From positions 160,001 to 224,000 of the forward strand of contig CAXXTH010000018.1 in NCBI GenBank assembly GCA_963668025.2: 64,000 nucleotides of DNA. The letters are read 5' to 3'. A program made the translations under genes and the position numbers. The notes under the pieces were generated by a model. The model was given only the letters and a program-made list of their open reading frames with translations, was not told where the DNA came from and did not search any database. Shown in pieces: positions 1 to 10,761 of this stretch (the stretch's first letter is position 1; every line of letters begins with the position of its first letter). The DNA is from Candidatus Hydrogenedentota bacterium (GTDB taxonomy: Bacteria; Hydrogenedentota; Hydrogenedentia; Hydrogenedentales; SLHB01).

Positions 1-440
1 ATGGTAAACCCATCAATTGTCGTAGTTGCGTCAAGAAAAACAACACATGCGGCGGGTTCTCCCGAAAGCGACGTAGAGCCATCAATTATAGACTTATGTA
101 ATGCGGGAGCTCTTGCATCACGTTCGGTTTCATCTCCTGCAAAACCGCCGTAAAGCGATGCATTCTCATGCACCATGAGAGAACCTGTCGCTACTTCGTC
201 ATACAGAACTCCATTTCTCACTTCATTATAGTTACCCTCGGCCACCCATACTTCTCCGCCGCCATCTGCTTTAGCTGTATCAACGGCAGGCTGAATGGTT
301 GTGAAGGCCGTCTGCCACGACATTCCATCCTCCACGCCGGAATGGTTGTCTTTATCGACGTACCACACATCCGCTATGGCGGGTAGTGAAAAGATGAAAA
401 CAAACAGGTAAAGCATGCAGCTCGAAATGCGCAGTATCAT
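1..440 (-). CDS. Secreted right-handed beta-helix (pectin-lyase fold, DUF1565-like) protein, 5' part; runs off the window edge; paralog of the next gene
   Basis: Not in the ORF track. Manual translation from ATG 440 (RBS aggagg) gives MILRISSCMLYLFVFIFSLPAIADVWYVDKDNHSGVEDGMSWQTAFTTIQPAVD...GEVWVAEGNYNE...LYGGFAGDE...IIDG...TIDGFT, collinear with the protein at 469-1965. Confidence 0.85.
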   Translation of the reverse strand, partial: MILRISSCMLYLFVFIFSLPAIADVWYVDKDNHSGVEDGMSWQTAFTTIQPAVDTAKADGGGEVWVAEGNYNEVRNGVLYDEVATGSLMVHENASLYGGFAGDETERDARAPALHKSIIDGSTSLSGEPAACVVFLDATTTIDGFT

Positions 441-468
441 GTGCTAAACCTCCTTTTACAATGTATGT

Positions 469-1965
469 CTACATTTGTTGCTTCATCCGCCGCGCGCGCC
501 ATAGGGCAACGAGGAGGAGGCCGGTGAGGGCGGCTCCGGCGGCGAGGGGCAAGATGGGCGGGGTGCTCGATGGATCGAGCGGGTCCGTGCCGTATTGGAT
601 CTCGAGGCCGTCGGGGACATGGTCACCGTCCGTGTCGGCCTTGTAGGGGTGGGTGTGATACGTGGTCCACTCGGTGTCATTCGTGAGGCCGTCGCCGTCC
701 GAATCCGCCTCCGGGTCGTATTCATACGCGCCTAGGTCGTAGTTCGCACCGAGGGGACGTTGCGTGCCCGCCAGGTCTGGGTTATAAAGCTCGGGCACAC
801 CGGTATCCAAGCCATTGGCGTCAATCGCCGGGCTGTCAGGCATAAGACGGTAGTCCCGATTTTCTGGATCAACAAAGTGAGGATCTATGTAGAGAACTCC
901 TGACTGCTCAAACCTACTCAATTCATATTTTCCGTCTGTTAATTTTACAGATTCATCACCGGCATCGGGCATCAAATCATTCTGTGCATCCACAACTCCA
1001 TAGATATACATAACTGAACCTTCTGGAGCTTTATTATTGATGAACGTACATTGGCTGACATGATGAATGCCAGCCCATCCCTCCCATTGAATGTTTTCTT
1101 CTGAACGAAGATACAGGGCACCCCCTTTCTCGTCAGCAATATTGTCTACAAAAACACAATTGAATACCGCACTATTCGGAAATAAACTCAGGGCACCACC
1201 TTTCGCGGCATGGTTACCTCGAAAAATACATCGAATAAACATAGGTTGCCAATTTGTCGAACCTCCCGCATAAGCTCCTTTATTATTCTCAAAAACGCAG
1301 TCATAAAAGGAAGAGTCTCCGCTCGCACCTAACGCATCGTTGTTTCGGAAGATGCAGTTACGTACCTCTAATATGGATTGCAGGCGAACTGCTGACCGGT
1401 CTTCGTTTGCTTGATTACCCTCAAATATGCAGTTATTGATATGAATAATGTAAACATCTTGATCTGCTTCGGTCAGCAAAGCCGCCCCCGAATCGCCCCA
1501 TTCACGTGCGTCTCCTCCCGTGATAGTAAACCCGTCAATTGTTGCGTTCACACTGACAAAAACTACACAAACGGCTGGCTTCCCTTCGAGCGCGTTGGAG
1601 CCATCGATTATGGTATTGTATAGAGAAGGAGACCGCTCCGCGCGAGCGGCCTCCTTTCCCGAAAATCCACCATAAAGCGGGATTCCTTCATGCACCATGA
1701 GCGTTCCCGTCTCGACTTCGTCATATCGGACAGAGGTGCCTCTTCTAGGCTCATTGTAAACGCCTTCCGCCACCCACACTTCTCCCTTGTAATCCTCCAC
1801 GGCGGCATTTATGGCTGGTTGAATAGTTGTGAACGCTGTTTGCCATGTCGTTCCGTCCTCCATGCCGGATTGGTTGTCTTTATCAACATACCACACGTCC
1901 GCCATACCTGGAATAGCAGCTAAACACATTAACCCTATTATCAAACCCACATGCATGTATCGCAT
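469..1965 (-). CDS. Secreted beta-helix protein with choice-of-anchor-Q-like motif, DxDxDG repeats and C-terminal membrane anchor
   Basis: ORF 469-2004; probable start ATG 1965 after ggagga. Signal peptide, WYVD..GTTWQTAFTTIQPAINAA, repeated NCIFxxN/GGAL units, DPHFVD..DYRL..SPAIDA..DLAGTQR..DLGAYE, then DSDGDG/DTDGD..GTDPLDP, a TM segment and RARR. Confidence 0.8.
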   Translation of the reverse strand: MRYMHVGLIIGLMCLAAIPGMADVWYVDKDNQSGMEDGTTWQTAFTTIQPAINAAVEDYKGEVWVAEGVYNEPRRGTSVRYDEVETGTLMVHEGIPLYGGFSGKEAARAERSPSLYNTIIDGSNALEGKPAVCVVFVSVNATIDGFTITGGDAREWGDSGAALLTEADQDVYIIHINNCIFEGNQANEDRSAVRLQSILEVRNCIFRNNDALGASGDSSFYDCVFENNKGAYAGGSTNWQPMFIRCIFRGNHAAKGGALSLFPNSAVFNCVFVDNIADEKGGALYLRSEENIQWEGWAGIHHVSQCTFINNKAPEGSVMYIYGVVDAQNDLMPDAGDESVKLTDGKYELSRFEQSGVLYIDPHFVDPENRDYRLMPDSPAIDANGLDTGVPELYNPDLAGTQRPLGANYDLGAYEYDPEADSDGDGLTNDTEWTTYHTHPYKADTDGDHVPDGLEIQYGTDPLDPSSTPPILPLAAGAALTGLLLVALWRARRMKQQM

Positions 1966-2012
1966 TTGAAGATCCTCCATTTTCAAAAGGTCTAGGTCAT
2001 CCAAACACAGGC

Positions 2013-5000
2013 TTATAAGTCTTCGTACCAGAAATTATACTCGCCTGTAGGTGGCGTAGGAGCTTCATCCGCTCCTATATCACGATCAAACAAGTTGTTC
2101 TGTATAGGAGCTTGTGCAGGCACTCCCTCTGCACCGTCTCTTGGAGCGACGGAATGGTCAATATCAAAATAGGTGTAAATATAACCTGTTTCTGCATCGT
2201 AAGGAGTAAATCCCCTGTCCACGCATGGTGACGCATAGTCAGGAACCCCATCATCATCGCTATCCGGTCCAATCATGAGATGCAGGAAATCATGGAAATT
2301 TGAACCGTTAAATGTCTGTGTGACGAAGCCAGGTGTGGCATATGCAACAGGATCCACCCATGGACCGATTGTAGTCCCCCAATACACAATTTCTAGACCG
2401 GAGGCATCGAGATCCTGTTCGGTGAAGCAGTGCCCAAGTGACTCTGTTGAAGAAGATAAGTAGACATCTTCCCAATCAGGTGCGTCGTTCTGCCAGTAGA
2501 TGCAATTCATTTGATTGTCATAATCAACGCCATAACTATACGCCGCGCCTCCACCTTCAGCCGTCGCGGTGTTCTCCACAAAGGTGTTTTGTTGAAGATA
2601 ACAAGGAGTGCAGCCGCTCATTCCTCCTCCATCCGAATACCAACCTTCTGCTTTGTTTTTCCATAAGATATTGCCCGAAATCAGATATCCATTGCAGTTT
2701 GCCATGCCGCCCCCGCCGCCAGTCGGATAAATGATCTTATTTTTGATAAACCAATTACAGGTGATGTAGCCATTGTAACGATCATTTGTAGCGCCAGTAT
2801 CACCGCAATACGCCAATGCGCCGCCATAACTCGCTTGGTTGCACCAGAATATGTTCAGCCGGATAATCCCGTCACAATCGTAGCACGCCCCACCCGCGTC
2901 GCTGGCGATATTGCTGGAGGCCCAAGACGCGCTCGAATCATACGCACCGAACACATTGCGGTCGATAATGCCGTCCACGTTGTTTATGCACGCTCCGCTC
3001 CCGGAGATGCTGTTGTTGATGAACTTGCAGTACATGATGGAGGCATCACAGCCATTTCCCGCGATGCCGCCGCCGTAGGCGTACGATGAATTCTTTTGAA
3101 TCGTGAAGCCCTGCAAAGAGCAATCCCATGTCTCGGTTCCGCTGAAGGTTACCGCCCGGCCATTGTTGGCGGAATTTTGGATAAATGTACGATTACGCAC
3201 ATCCGTACGATAGAGATTGTAGGGTTCAGCAGAACGAATAACCAGATTCTTACCTCCGAAATTGATGGCGCTGTACGTTCCAGGCCTGACTTCAATAATA
3301 TCACCAGCAGTGGCCGCATTGATGGCGGATTGTATGCCCGAGGCGCCGTTGAAGTCGATGTCGTCGCCTGCAGTAGGAGCTACTGTCCAGAGATGGCCTT
3401 GTCCGGGATCCTGGTCCGCGCCTTGAGGCCTGCAACCCTGATATACACTGCCGCGAATGAACAAGGAGCCTCTCGGCGCCGTGAGCGTTTGATGAGGCGA
3501 ATTCGGATTTGTATATTGTAGTCCATTAACAGTGGTAATATATCCTACAATAGTATTCGCGTCATCCCGGAAGACATGTGCTGAACCAGGCGGTGAGGGG
3601 AAATTGTACTGTGTATTGAAATCTTTTACGACTTGGCCCGCCAAATAGAGCACGGGGAAGGGAGGCTTCGCCGGATCCCATGCTTTTGCGGAATAAGAAG
3701 GGCACAGGGCAGCAACTGGCGTATTATCCGACGCACGGACGGTGAAAAGAGGTGAATCGCCCGCCGCGGAAGTTACACAAGTCGAGTTCTCATCGATTTT
3801 TCCATCAATATACAGGCCAATATAGGTATGCTCCGAATCTATATGATCGAGTGGCCGGAGCAATGTGTTTCCTTTTCCGTCGTCGCTGGCAACGGCGGAG
3901 CCAATGATGGACATGATATTCCGGACTCCGCTAGCTCCGGGAGCGCGGCAATCGTCCGGAATGGTACTGTTATAACCGTCTTGAATATGCTTAGCCAGTT
4001 TGACAGCTCCGTACATGTTGATCATGCCCCATCCCGTGTATTTGTTCGGATGGGTGGTGGCGTGATCAAAACGCCTCTGATCATTGGCCAGCCAATCCTG
4101 TTCCGTGGAATCCGGCCAATACACATTGTACGGTGATGGGTTCCAAACACCATACCGATAGGGATACAAAGGGTTGTTTACATCCGTAATGCTGTAATCA
4201 TATTTCAGCGGCAGTGCGCTCAGTTTCATGAGCCATTCGATCTCGGTGGGGGAAAGGGCGGGATTCTTGGTGAGCATAAGCGCCGCGAGACCCACTCCAG
4301 CGGGAGCGGTGTTCGAGTTAGAAGCATTCAGTTTAACCTGGAATATTTCATCGGCATTGTCACCAGGATCATATAGTTTCAAATACATTGTAGCAGTTCG
4401 ATAATCATAATCGTTTTGACCATTCGGTATAAAATCCTCGTCAAAATTAGGGATACTGCCAGGCCGATTTGGGTCTCCAGCCGCCATCACATCGATAATG
4501 CTGCCATAACTTGAGCCCATACCGGCGGTCATGAACCGGCTTCGCCTGCCTTTGGCGTCTCCAGCGCTTAAAATGATCATCTCATTAAAGCTCTGGGGAA
4601 AATAGGGATGTGCGTCCATATCGACATTGTAATTGGCACACCAGATCACCGTGACGCCCCGGGCGCGCGCCAGCAAAATGGCTTCATACAATTCAGGATC
4701 ATAAGTTTGGGAAAAGGTGCATAAGGAAAGGATATGAGCGATATCGCCCAATTCCATTGCCGAGTAATTGGCGAATTGATACTGCCCTACAGTGGAATCG
4801 CGTTCTCCTATCGCGTAACGAATACCATCAACCACTAAAGCTGGATAATGGATATTGGATTCGTTCAGTACTGCTTCAGAAAAATCCCATGTATTGTAAT
4901 GATATCGAATGGGCATTATCTCAGCACTAGGACAAAGCCCGACACTTTCGGTGCCATCCATATTATCCAAGTCTGCCGGATCTGGATTATTGAAAGGCCT

Positions 5001-6482
5001 TGCTGCTTCGATGACTGCTGCAGCGAATCCATGTCCTCGTAAGGAATTAGCCACGTACCATCTAGAGTAATCTGAAAAGGGAATAGCATCTCCATCTGGA
5101 AAATCCGGATCTGTTCCGACAAAATCCCATCCAAATATATCTTTAGCTCCGGCGTTATATGCCTTGATGTTAAACCATTGGTTGGGCGTAAGGTCAGGAC
5201 AGCCCGCTTTATAGAGGGAAAAAGCATTTGCATATTCAGGACCTGTAAGTTGCATATTATCGTTTTGCACTGGAACCCATGCGGCATTATAAGGGTGATA
5301 TGGCGGGCTTAGGCTGGGCTGCAGATTATAGTATTGTCCTCGGTAAAAATGATTCGCTTGTTCATAATCCAAGGGCACGCCATCGTCTAGCGAAGCGATG
5401 ATGGTTTTTGGATAATTCTGCCACCATGCATTGCCCGTCGGCCAACTGCTTCCATACACCTCTGTCCACGCTTTGACTGCATTCATGTGGTTCGCATCCC
5501 AATACCACCGAACAGGCTTAGGAGCAGGCCGCTCCGTGTCTACGAATTGTTCATCTGTTGGAGCTGGGATGTCCGTCTGCGTCTTGTATAGCGGCGCGAA
5601 CACGGGGGCGGCGGCTTTCACGAGGCCGCTGCGCTGATACTTGTTGGCGTAGTCGTTGGTGAGAAGGGGGAAACCGGAGGCGTCCACCGCGCGGGCGTGG
5701 TAGGGGATGCGGATGCGGTAGGTGACCGAGCCTATCTCCTTGTAGTCCACCCGTTTAAGGATTTCGGCTCCGTCTTCGGCGAAGAGCGCCAGTACTTTTT
5801 CTTCATTGTCGTCTTTCCGAATAACAACGGTGAGCATTTCGGTCATAAGTGACTTCATCTCGGTGCCGCAGGTCCAGGCGGTCATGACGGCATCGACATC
5901 GTCCCGTTTGCTTAGTTCGGCGACTAAGGTGCGGATATCGTCTTTCGTTTTCGCGCCGGAGACTTTCATGACGGCCGCGCCGTTGAAGTTGATGTCCATC
6001 GGGATAAGTGTATCGCCCACTTGGACATAGGAGCTTTTATCCTGTACCGCGTCCGCCTTCAGGGCGAGTTCGCCCGCGCGGGCCTTGGCCTGTTCGCCGG
6101 AAACGATTTTATCGGCGGTGATGGCCGTGAGGCGGGCGTCGCTATTGAGAAATTGGACCACCTCTTCAACCCGTTTTTTTTCACGAAATGAAACGCCGAT
6201 GGTGTCCGTACACATCTCGATGGGGACGCGCTTGCCCTGCCATCCATAATAGTAGGGGCCGATATCCTCCTCTTCCGGGGCGAACATGGCGCGGGTTTCG
6301 GCGCGGCGCTGCTCGATTTCCTCGCGCGTGAGGGCGGCAGGGGCTTGCGAATCGTTGGAACTGGTGAATTCTGTAGGAGTTATGCTTTCGGTGGATTGGG
6401 CGGAAATGGGGGATTCATTGATGATGAATCCCAGGCAGACAACCAGAACGACACTTAAGACGGACCACACGATACGGCGCAT
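2013..6482 (-). CDS. Large secreted S8 (subtilisin-like) serine peptidase with C-terminal beta-helix domain
   Basis: 1489 aa with signal peptide. Asp motif IIASLDDGV, DIFGWDFV, His motif GHGFAAA, Ser region SNSNTAPAGVGLAALML..NPALSPTEIE..L, GWGMINMYGAV, then SIQSAINAATAGDIIEVRPGTY and beta-helix GGG repeats. Confidence 0.75.
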   Translation of the reverse strand: MRRIVWSVLSVVLVVCLGFIINESPISAQSTESITPTEFTSSNDSQAPAALTREEIEQRRAETRAMFAPEEEDIGPYYYGWQGKRVPIEMCTDTIGVSFREKKRVEEVVQFLNSDARLTAITADKIVSGEQAKARAGELALKADAVQDKSSYVQVGDTLIPMDINFNGAAVMKVSGAKTKDDIRTLVAELSKRDDVDAVMTAWTCGTEMKSLMTEMLTVVIRKDDNEEKVLALFAEDGAEILKRVDYKEIGSVTYRIRIPYHARAVDASGFPLLTNDYANKYQRSGLVKAAAPVFAPLYKTQTDIPAPTDEQFVDTERPAPKPVRWYWDANHMNAVKAWTEVYGSSWPTGNAWWQNYPKTIIASLDDGVPLDYEQANHFYRGQYYNLQPSLSPPYHPYNAAWVPVQNDNMQLTGPEYANAFSLYKAGCPDLTPNQWFNIKAYNAGAKDIFGWDFVGTDPDFPDGDAIPFSDYSRWYVANSLRGHGFAAAVIEAARPFNNPDPADLDNMDGTESVGLCPSAEIMPIRYHYNTWDFSEAVLNESNIHYPALVVDGIRYAIGERDSTVGQYQFANYSAMELGDIAHILSLCTFSQTYDPELYEAILLARARGVTVIWCANYNVDMDAHPYFPQSFNEMIILSAGDAKGRRSRFMTAGMGSSYGSIIDVMAAGDPNRPGSIPNFDEDFIPNGQNDYDYRTATMYLKLYDPGDNADEIFQVKLNASNSNTAPAGVGLAALMLTKNPALSPTEIEWLMKLSALPLKYDYSITDVNNPLYPYRYGVWNPSPYNVYWPDSTEQDWLANDQRRFDHATTHPNKYTGWGMINMYGAVKLAKHIQDGYNSTIPDDCRAPGASGVRNIMSIIGSAVASDDGKGNTLLRPLDHIDSEHTYIGLYIDGKIDENSTCVTSAAGDSPLFTVRASDNTPVAALCPSYSAKAWDPAKPPFPVLYLAGQVVKDFNTQYNFPSPPGSAHVFRDDANTIVGYITTVNGLQYTNPNSPHQTLTAPRGSLFIRGSVYQGCRPQGADQDPGQGHLWTVAPTAGDDIDFNGASGIQSAINAATAGDIIEVRPGTYSAINFGGKNLVIRSAEPYNLYRTDVRNRTFIQNSANNGRAVTFSGTETWDCSLQGFTIQKNSSYAYGGGIAGNGCDASIMYCKFINNSISGSGACINNVDGIIDRNVFGAYDSSASWASSNIASDAGGACYDCDGIIRLNIFWCNQASYGGALAYCGDTGATNDRYNGYITCNWFIKNKIIYPTGGGGGMANCNGYLISGNILWKNKAEGWYSDGGGMSGCTPCYLQQNTFVENTATAEGGGAAYSYGVDYDNQMNCIYWQNDAPDWEDVYLSSSTESLGHCFTEQDLDASGLEIVYWGTTIGPWVDPVAYATPGFVTQTFNGSNFHDFLHLMIGPDSDDDGVPDYASPCVDRGFTPYDAETGYIYTYFDIDHSVAPRDGAEGVPAQAPIQNNLFDRDIGADEAPTPPTGEYNFWYEDL

Positions 6483-6935
6483 GTGACGATACCTCCCGCC
6501 TTTGATAAAGGGGTTTTACTTCCCAACGGACACGGCGCGGCTTCTCCTTTTCATCTATCTATAGCCTGTTGTGTGAGGATTTCAGTTGACAGAGGCGTGT
6601 ATTATGTCCCCAAGCGAAGCTCTCTGCATGCCTGAATCCCTAGTACACATACAATGTACCACCGATTGGGAGCGGTGTCAAGAAAAATATCGACATATTA
6701 GTTAAGTGATTTTTGGGGATATTATGGATATCCTAACGGCAAGGATGCCCTATTTTGGTGAACATGGAACGCATATGATAAAACTAGTTACAATTTCTTT
6801 TATTTTCTATTATTGCCACGTTGTTGGCAAACTATGGTTTTACAGAGGTCGGCTGTTTGCGTGAACATGGCTGGTGGATATTTTTTATCGGCGGCCGAAG
6901 GATTTAGCGGGGATTGATCAATACATGTCGTAGAT

Positions 6936-7322
6936 ATGGCGAAGGAGGTGGGGTTGGGCGAGGGGCCTCATGCGATAGACAGGCGGGAAGACCAGCGGCT
7001 GGCCCGTGGATTGCAGGCGGGGCGTCGGCGTGCGTGGAGCCATTTTTGCGCGCTATATGCGGCTCCGCTGTACCGTTTCACTGCTGCCCGCTGCGAAACG
7101 CCTCTCTCCGTGGAGGATGTATCGCAGGAGGCGTTAGCGGAAGCGGTCGAGCACATCCGCCGGTATGATGCATCGAAAGGAGCGCTTTGGACATGGCTGT
7201 GCGGCATCGCCATGAACAAGATTCGGGAACACCGGTGCGCCCTCACGCGGGAGGACCGGCTTCGGGAAAAACTGGCCGTTGAGCCGGAACGGGGTGCGGC
7301 AAATGAGCCGGAGGAATCATAA
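6936..7322 (+). pseudogene. Truncated ECF sigma-70 factor (region 2 only, no region 4)
   Basis: 128 aa with AWSHFCALYAAPLYRF, EDVSQEAL and WTWLCGIAMNKIREH (region 2). It stops before any region-4 HTH and abuts a fragment of an unrelated gene. Confidence 0.75.
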
Positions 7323-7846
7323 GAGGCTCCATCCCTTTGCGAACCCAAGCCGCGGTAGCTCTCTATTACTTAGGTGATAATACAAGCAGGCCCATGATCG
7401 ACTTATTCCGACGCCATGCGGAGCGAGAAGATCCCGATTTTGCTGAGCATTTTTATATAATGGGAGCCACTAGCGAATTCCAGCATACGATTACGTATCT
7501 CCGTTCACCGGAAACAGACGCCTTGTTTCTTGAGCGGCTCCAATATGGATTGGACAATTCAGATAACGACCTCTTGGTTAATTGTGAATTCTTGCTGGAG
7601 CACGCATCAGAAGTGATCGAACGGTTAATGTACTACCTTGATAACCGTGATGCAATGTCTCGAACAACGGCTGCATCCGCGCTCCAACAAATCACTGGCT
7701 TGCAAGTTCCCTGGGACGACTCGGCTACGGCGGCGGGCAACGTCGAATCCGCCGCCCGGTTGAGGGCTGAAGCGGAATGGCTGCTTTCGCAATACTCCCC
7801 TGTTGTAACGGGAGGCTCGCTTGCAGACCAGCAAGATGCCCCTTAG
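7322..7846 (+). pseudogene. 3' fragment of a paralog of the 777-aa protein downstream
   Basis: AAVALYYLGDNTS.PMIDLFRR...EFQHTITYLRSPETDALFLERLQYG...PWD..ATAAGNVESAARLRAEAEWLLSQYSP aligns with the last ~160 aa of 8030-10363. No convincing RBS or start of its own. Confidence 0.8.
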
Positions 7847-8029
7847 CACCAAGATAGTCCTTCGCCGCCTTCTCTAGCCGTTAGTATAGAGACTCTGTGA
7901 TAATTTTCTTCTACCTCTAGAAACTTTTCTGGCGGCAGAGGTATTCATATTATTGTCTGGCGTTATGATTATAATATAGCATGGGCGAATTTTGCGGCAA
8001 TTCCTGATAAACAGTTCAAGAGGATATAA

Positions 8030-10363
8030 ATGATGCATAATAAGACACTACGGGCGTTCTTGTCTTTTATTTTGGCGTGGAGTATCTTTGAACTTATAAC
8101 GCTCAATTGCTCGAATCTAGGATTATTCCAGCGCCCTATTGCGTCTGCCTCTTATTGGTTCCATCCAATCACCATCAGCATAGAAAACTGCGATCTTATG
8201 ATACAAGGGAAAGTAAAAAAAATCGTCCAGCGTAATCGCAACAGAGAATCTCTTAAAACTCCAACCACCATTACATTCACTGTTATGAATAGTTATCCTT
8301 TCATATCTTCTAAAACTATAAGAATATCTGCTTCTGGTTCTCTCGAACTTGGCAAAGAATATATTTTCCCGCTAAAAAAAGTAAATAACCAATACATTCT
8401 TCAATGGGGCTTCAGCCAACAGGAAGACTACCTTATAAAAAACACGGATAACGGACCCGTTGTTTATGATTTCTTTGATATGCATACCCCTATTCCTCTA
8501 GATGAAGGATGGAAGATCATACGAACCATTTATGACGCTACCCATGGCATAAAACCGGCCAATCGCACAGAGATTGAGCACTATAAAAATGATCTCCAAA
8601 ATGGCACACTGGAAGAAGCCTGTCTCGCGAGTGAATTCCTTTTATTATATCCACAAGAAACAATTACTGATATTGAGCTTATAGACGCCCTTGAGGCGCA
8701 GTATTACCCAGAACGGCATCAAATGCCTGATATGATGGATGCATCCAAATCACCCATGCATTTCTCGATAGGCCAAACGCAAGTTTTTTGCAGGTTCGCC
8801 AAAAATGTAGTCACTATGATGATGAAAAGGCCATCCGAAGAAAGCGCAGATCGCCTTGTCGCTCTTTACCTGAAAGATTGCACACCACCTAGCGCTTGCG
8901 TATTTAGCGATTACATAGAGACTTTTATTTTGAGGTATGTAGTTGAACGCCCAAGCCCAGACCGCATCCAACGCTTACATAAGCTTTTTGAGCATTACCC
9001 CGATAGCATTATCGAACAAGATCGCTTAGGAAGCGAGCTTGGAATGACACTTGATGAGAAAACCATGCGTATTCTCGCTGAGACGCCCGGTGAAGATATC
9101 GATGCTTTTATTCAGGAAATATTCAATACGCCCAGGCGATTTCACTTAACAGAAGAACAACTTATGACCTTAACCAGCTTACGCGAAGGACTGTTGCAGT
9201 ACAGAAAGAGTATATTGCGCCAAGGCAATGCCGCTCCCGAGCTATGCCTGAATAATGATTTAAACCGTTTCGCGGCAGGTGAGATTAATCTCAGCACCAG
9301 CATCCTCTTGCGCTTAAAAAAAGGTGATACGAGCGCTATTCCCTATCTGCAAAAAGCGGATTTGCGATACAGCCTGGATATCATCCGCTGGAAAATTCCA
9401 GATCCAGCTTTCGTTCCCATGCTCTATGAAGCACTTCATGACAAAGAAAAATCACAGGATCTAGAATATCCATTATTATCATCTCTCTATTGTTGCGGAG
9501 AAAAAGACGCAGCTTTGAAATATGCCCGTGATATCCTTGCGGAGCCAATGAACGCAGATAGTCTGGGAGCATATGCAAAGGCGTTTGCTGACAAAGATAG
9601 CGCCATACAGTTTTTGGGCGAGTTTGGCGATACGTCCGATATATTGTTATTAAAGCGCTATACCAGCCGTTCACGCGTCCAGGCCTACCGGAATGTACGC
9701 GTGTCTTTCCCTGTGAAGGGCGTTATGTTTCCCAGTTCTCCAAGTTATCGACAAAAAACCTCAGAGATTGATAAACTCTATTTATCCGCATTACTAGCTC
9801 GCACCCGGTTGCATGACCTTTCCACCATTGCCAAATGGAAAAAGCTCTACCGAACAGGAAACACTTCCTTGCACATAACGGCCGCCGTCGCGCTTTTTTA
9901 TCTTGATGATGACACCAGCGCACCTTTGATTGATCTCTTCCGAAGATCGGGAGAACTATCGAAGCCAAGATATTCGGCCCATTTCTACCGCGAAGGCTCC
10001 ACGACAGAATTTTCACAGACCATTTCATATCTCCGCTCACCAGAGACAGATGCATTATTGATCGAACGCATGCAGCATGGAGCCAGTTATTTCGATTATG
10101 ACATGACACGTAATGGCGCTTTTATGCTGGAACATGCATCGACTATTATACCATTAATGGAGAAATACCTTAATGACCGAAATCACAGATCCCGTGATAT
10201 TGCGAAAGGCACCCTCGAATTGATCATCCCGCTCAAACTGCCTTGGGATATAAACACCACCGCGGCAGGCAATGCCGAGTCCGTTGCCCGGTTGCGCATC
10301 GAGGCGGAACGATTCCTTTCACAATACACGCCTCTTTCTACGAGTGGAGCAGTACATAACTGA
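8030..10363 (+). CDS. Hypothetical exported protein, helical (HEAT-like) C-terminal part
   Basis: 777-aa ORF with RBS aagga, hydrophobic N-terminus and AT-richer codon use. No family recognised. Confidence 0.7.
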   Translation: MMHNKTLRAFLSFILAWSIFELITLNCSNLGLFQRPIASASYWFHPITISIENCDLMIQGKVKKIVQRNRNRESLKTPTTITFTVMNSYPFISSKTIRISASGSLELGKEYIFPLKKVNNQYILQWGFSQQEDYLIKNTDNGPVVYDFFDMHTPIPLDEGWKIIRTIYDATHGIKPANRTEIEHYKNDLQNGTLEEACLASEFLLLYPQETITDIELIDALEAQYYPERHQMPDMMDASKSPMHFSIGQTQVFCRFAKNVVTMMMKRPSEESADRLVALYLKDCTPPSACVFSDYIETFILRYVVERPSPDRIQRLHKLFEHYPDSIIEQDRLGSELGMTLDEKTMRILAETPGEDIDAFIQEIFNTPRRFHLTEEQLMTLTSLREGLLQYRKSILRQGNAAPELCLNNDLNRFAAGEINLSTSILLRLKKGDTSAIPYLQKADLRYSLDIIRWKIPDPAFVPMLYEALHDKEKSQDLEYPLLSSLYCCGEKDAALKYARDILAEPMNADSLGAYAKAFADKDSAIQFLGEFGDTSDILLLKRYTSRSRVQAYRNVRVSFPVKGVMFPSSPSYRQKTSEIDKLYLSALLARTRLHDLSTIAKWKKLYRTGNTSLHITAAVALFYLDDDTSAPLIDLFRRSGELSKPRYSAHFYREGSTTEFSQTISYLRSPETDALLIERMQHGASYFDYDMTRNGAFMLEHASTIIPLMEKYLNDRNHRSRDIAKGTLELIIPLKLPWDINTTAAGNAESVARLRIEAERFLSQYTPLSTSGAVHN

Positions 10364-10761
10364 CATCGACGTTGCAAACAGTCTAGTGAGAAGACATAAC
10401 ATTGTCTATTCTCGTTTACCTTTGCGTTTTGGCGGCTTTGTGTGCGTATCAATCGAATGGGATTCCTGTTGGCGGTACAGTGCGCCAGCCTTGCTCATAT
10501 ATTTCACACAAAGTCGCCGTAAAGAATGCAACCATATAGAGCGCGACATACCTGCAATGCAACAGCTTCTCGTTTTCTTGTTGAAACTGGGGCTAAGGCA
10601 GTGGCATGGAGGTTGCCCATACCCAAGATCACTGAAATAACCGCAGCAGTTTTGTAACATTATAAACCTAGGCTTATCAAGATGTTACGCAAATCGATTC
10701 AAAACTTCTTTTCGTTTTCTACAGAAGCTGGAGCTTAAGGTGCTGAACTCTGTTATCCCAT

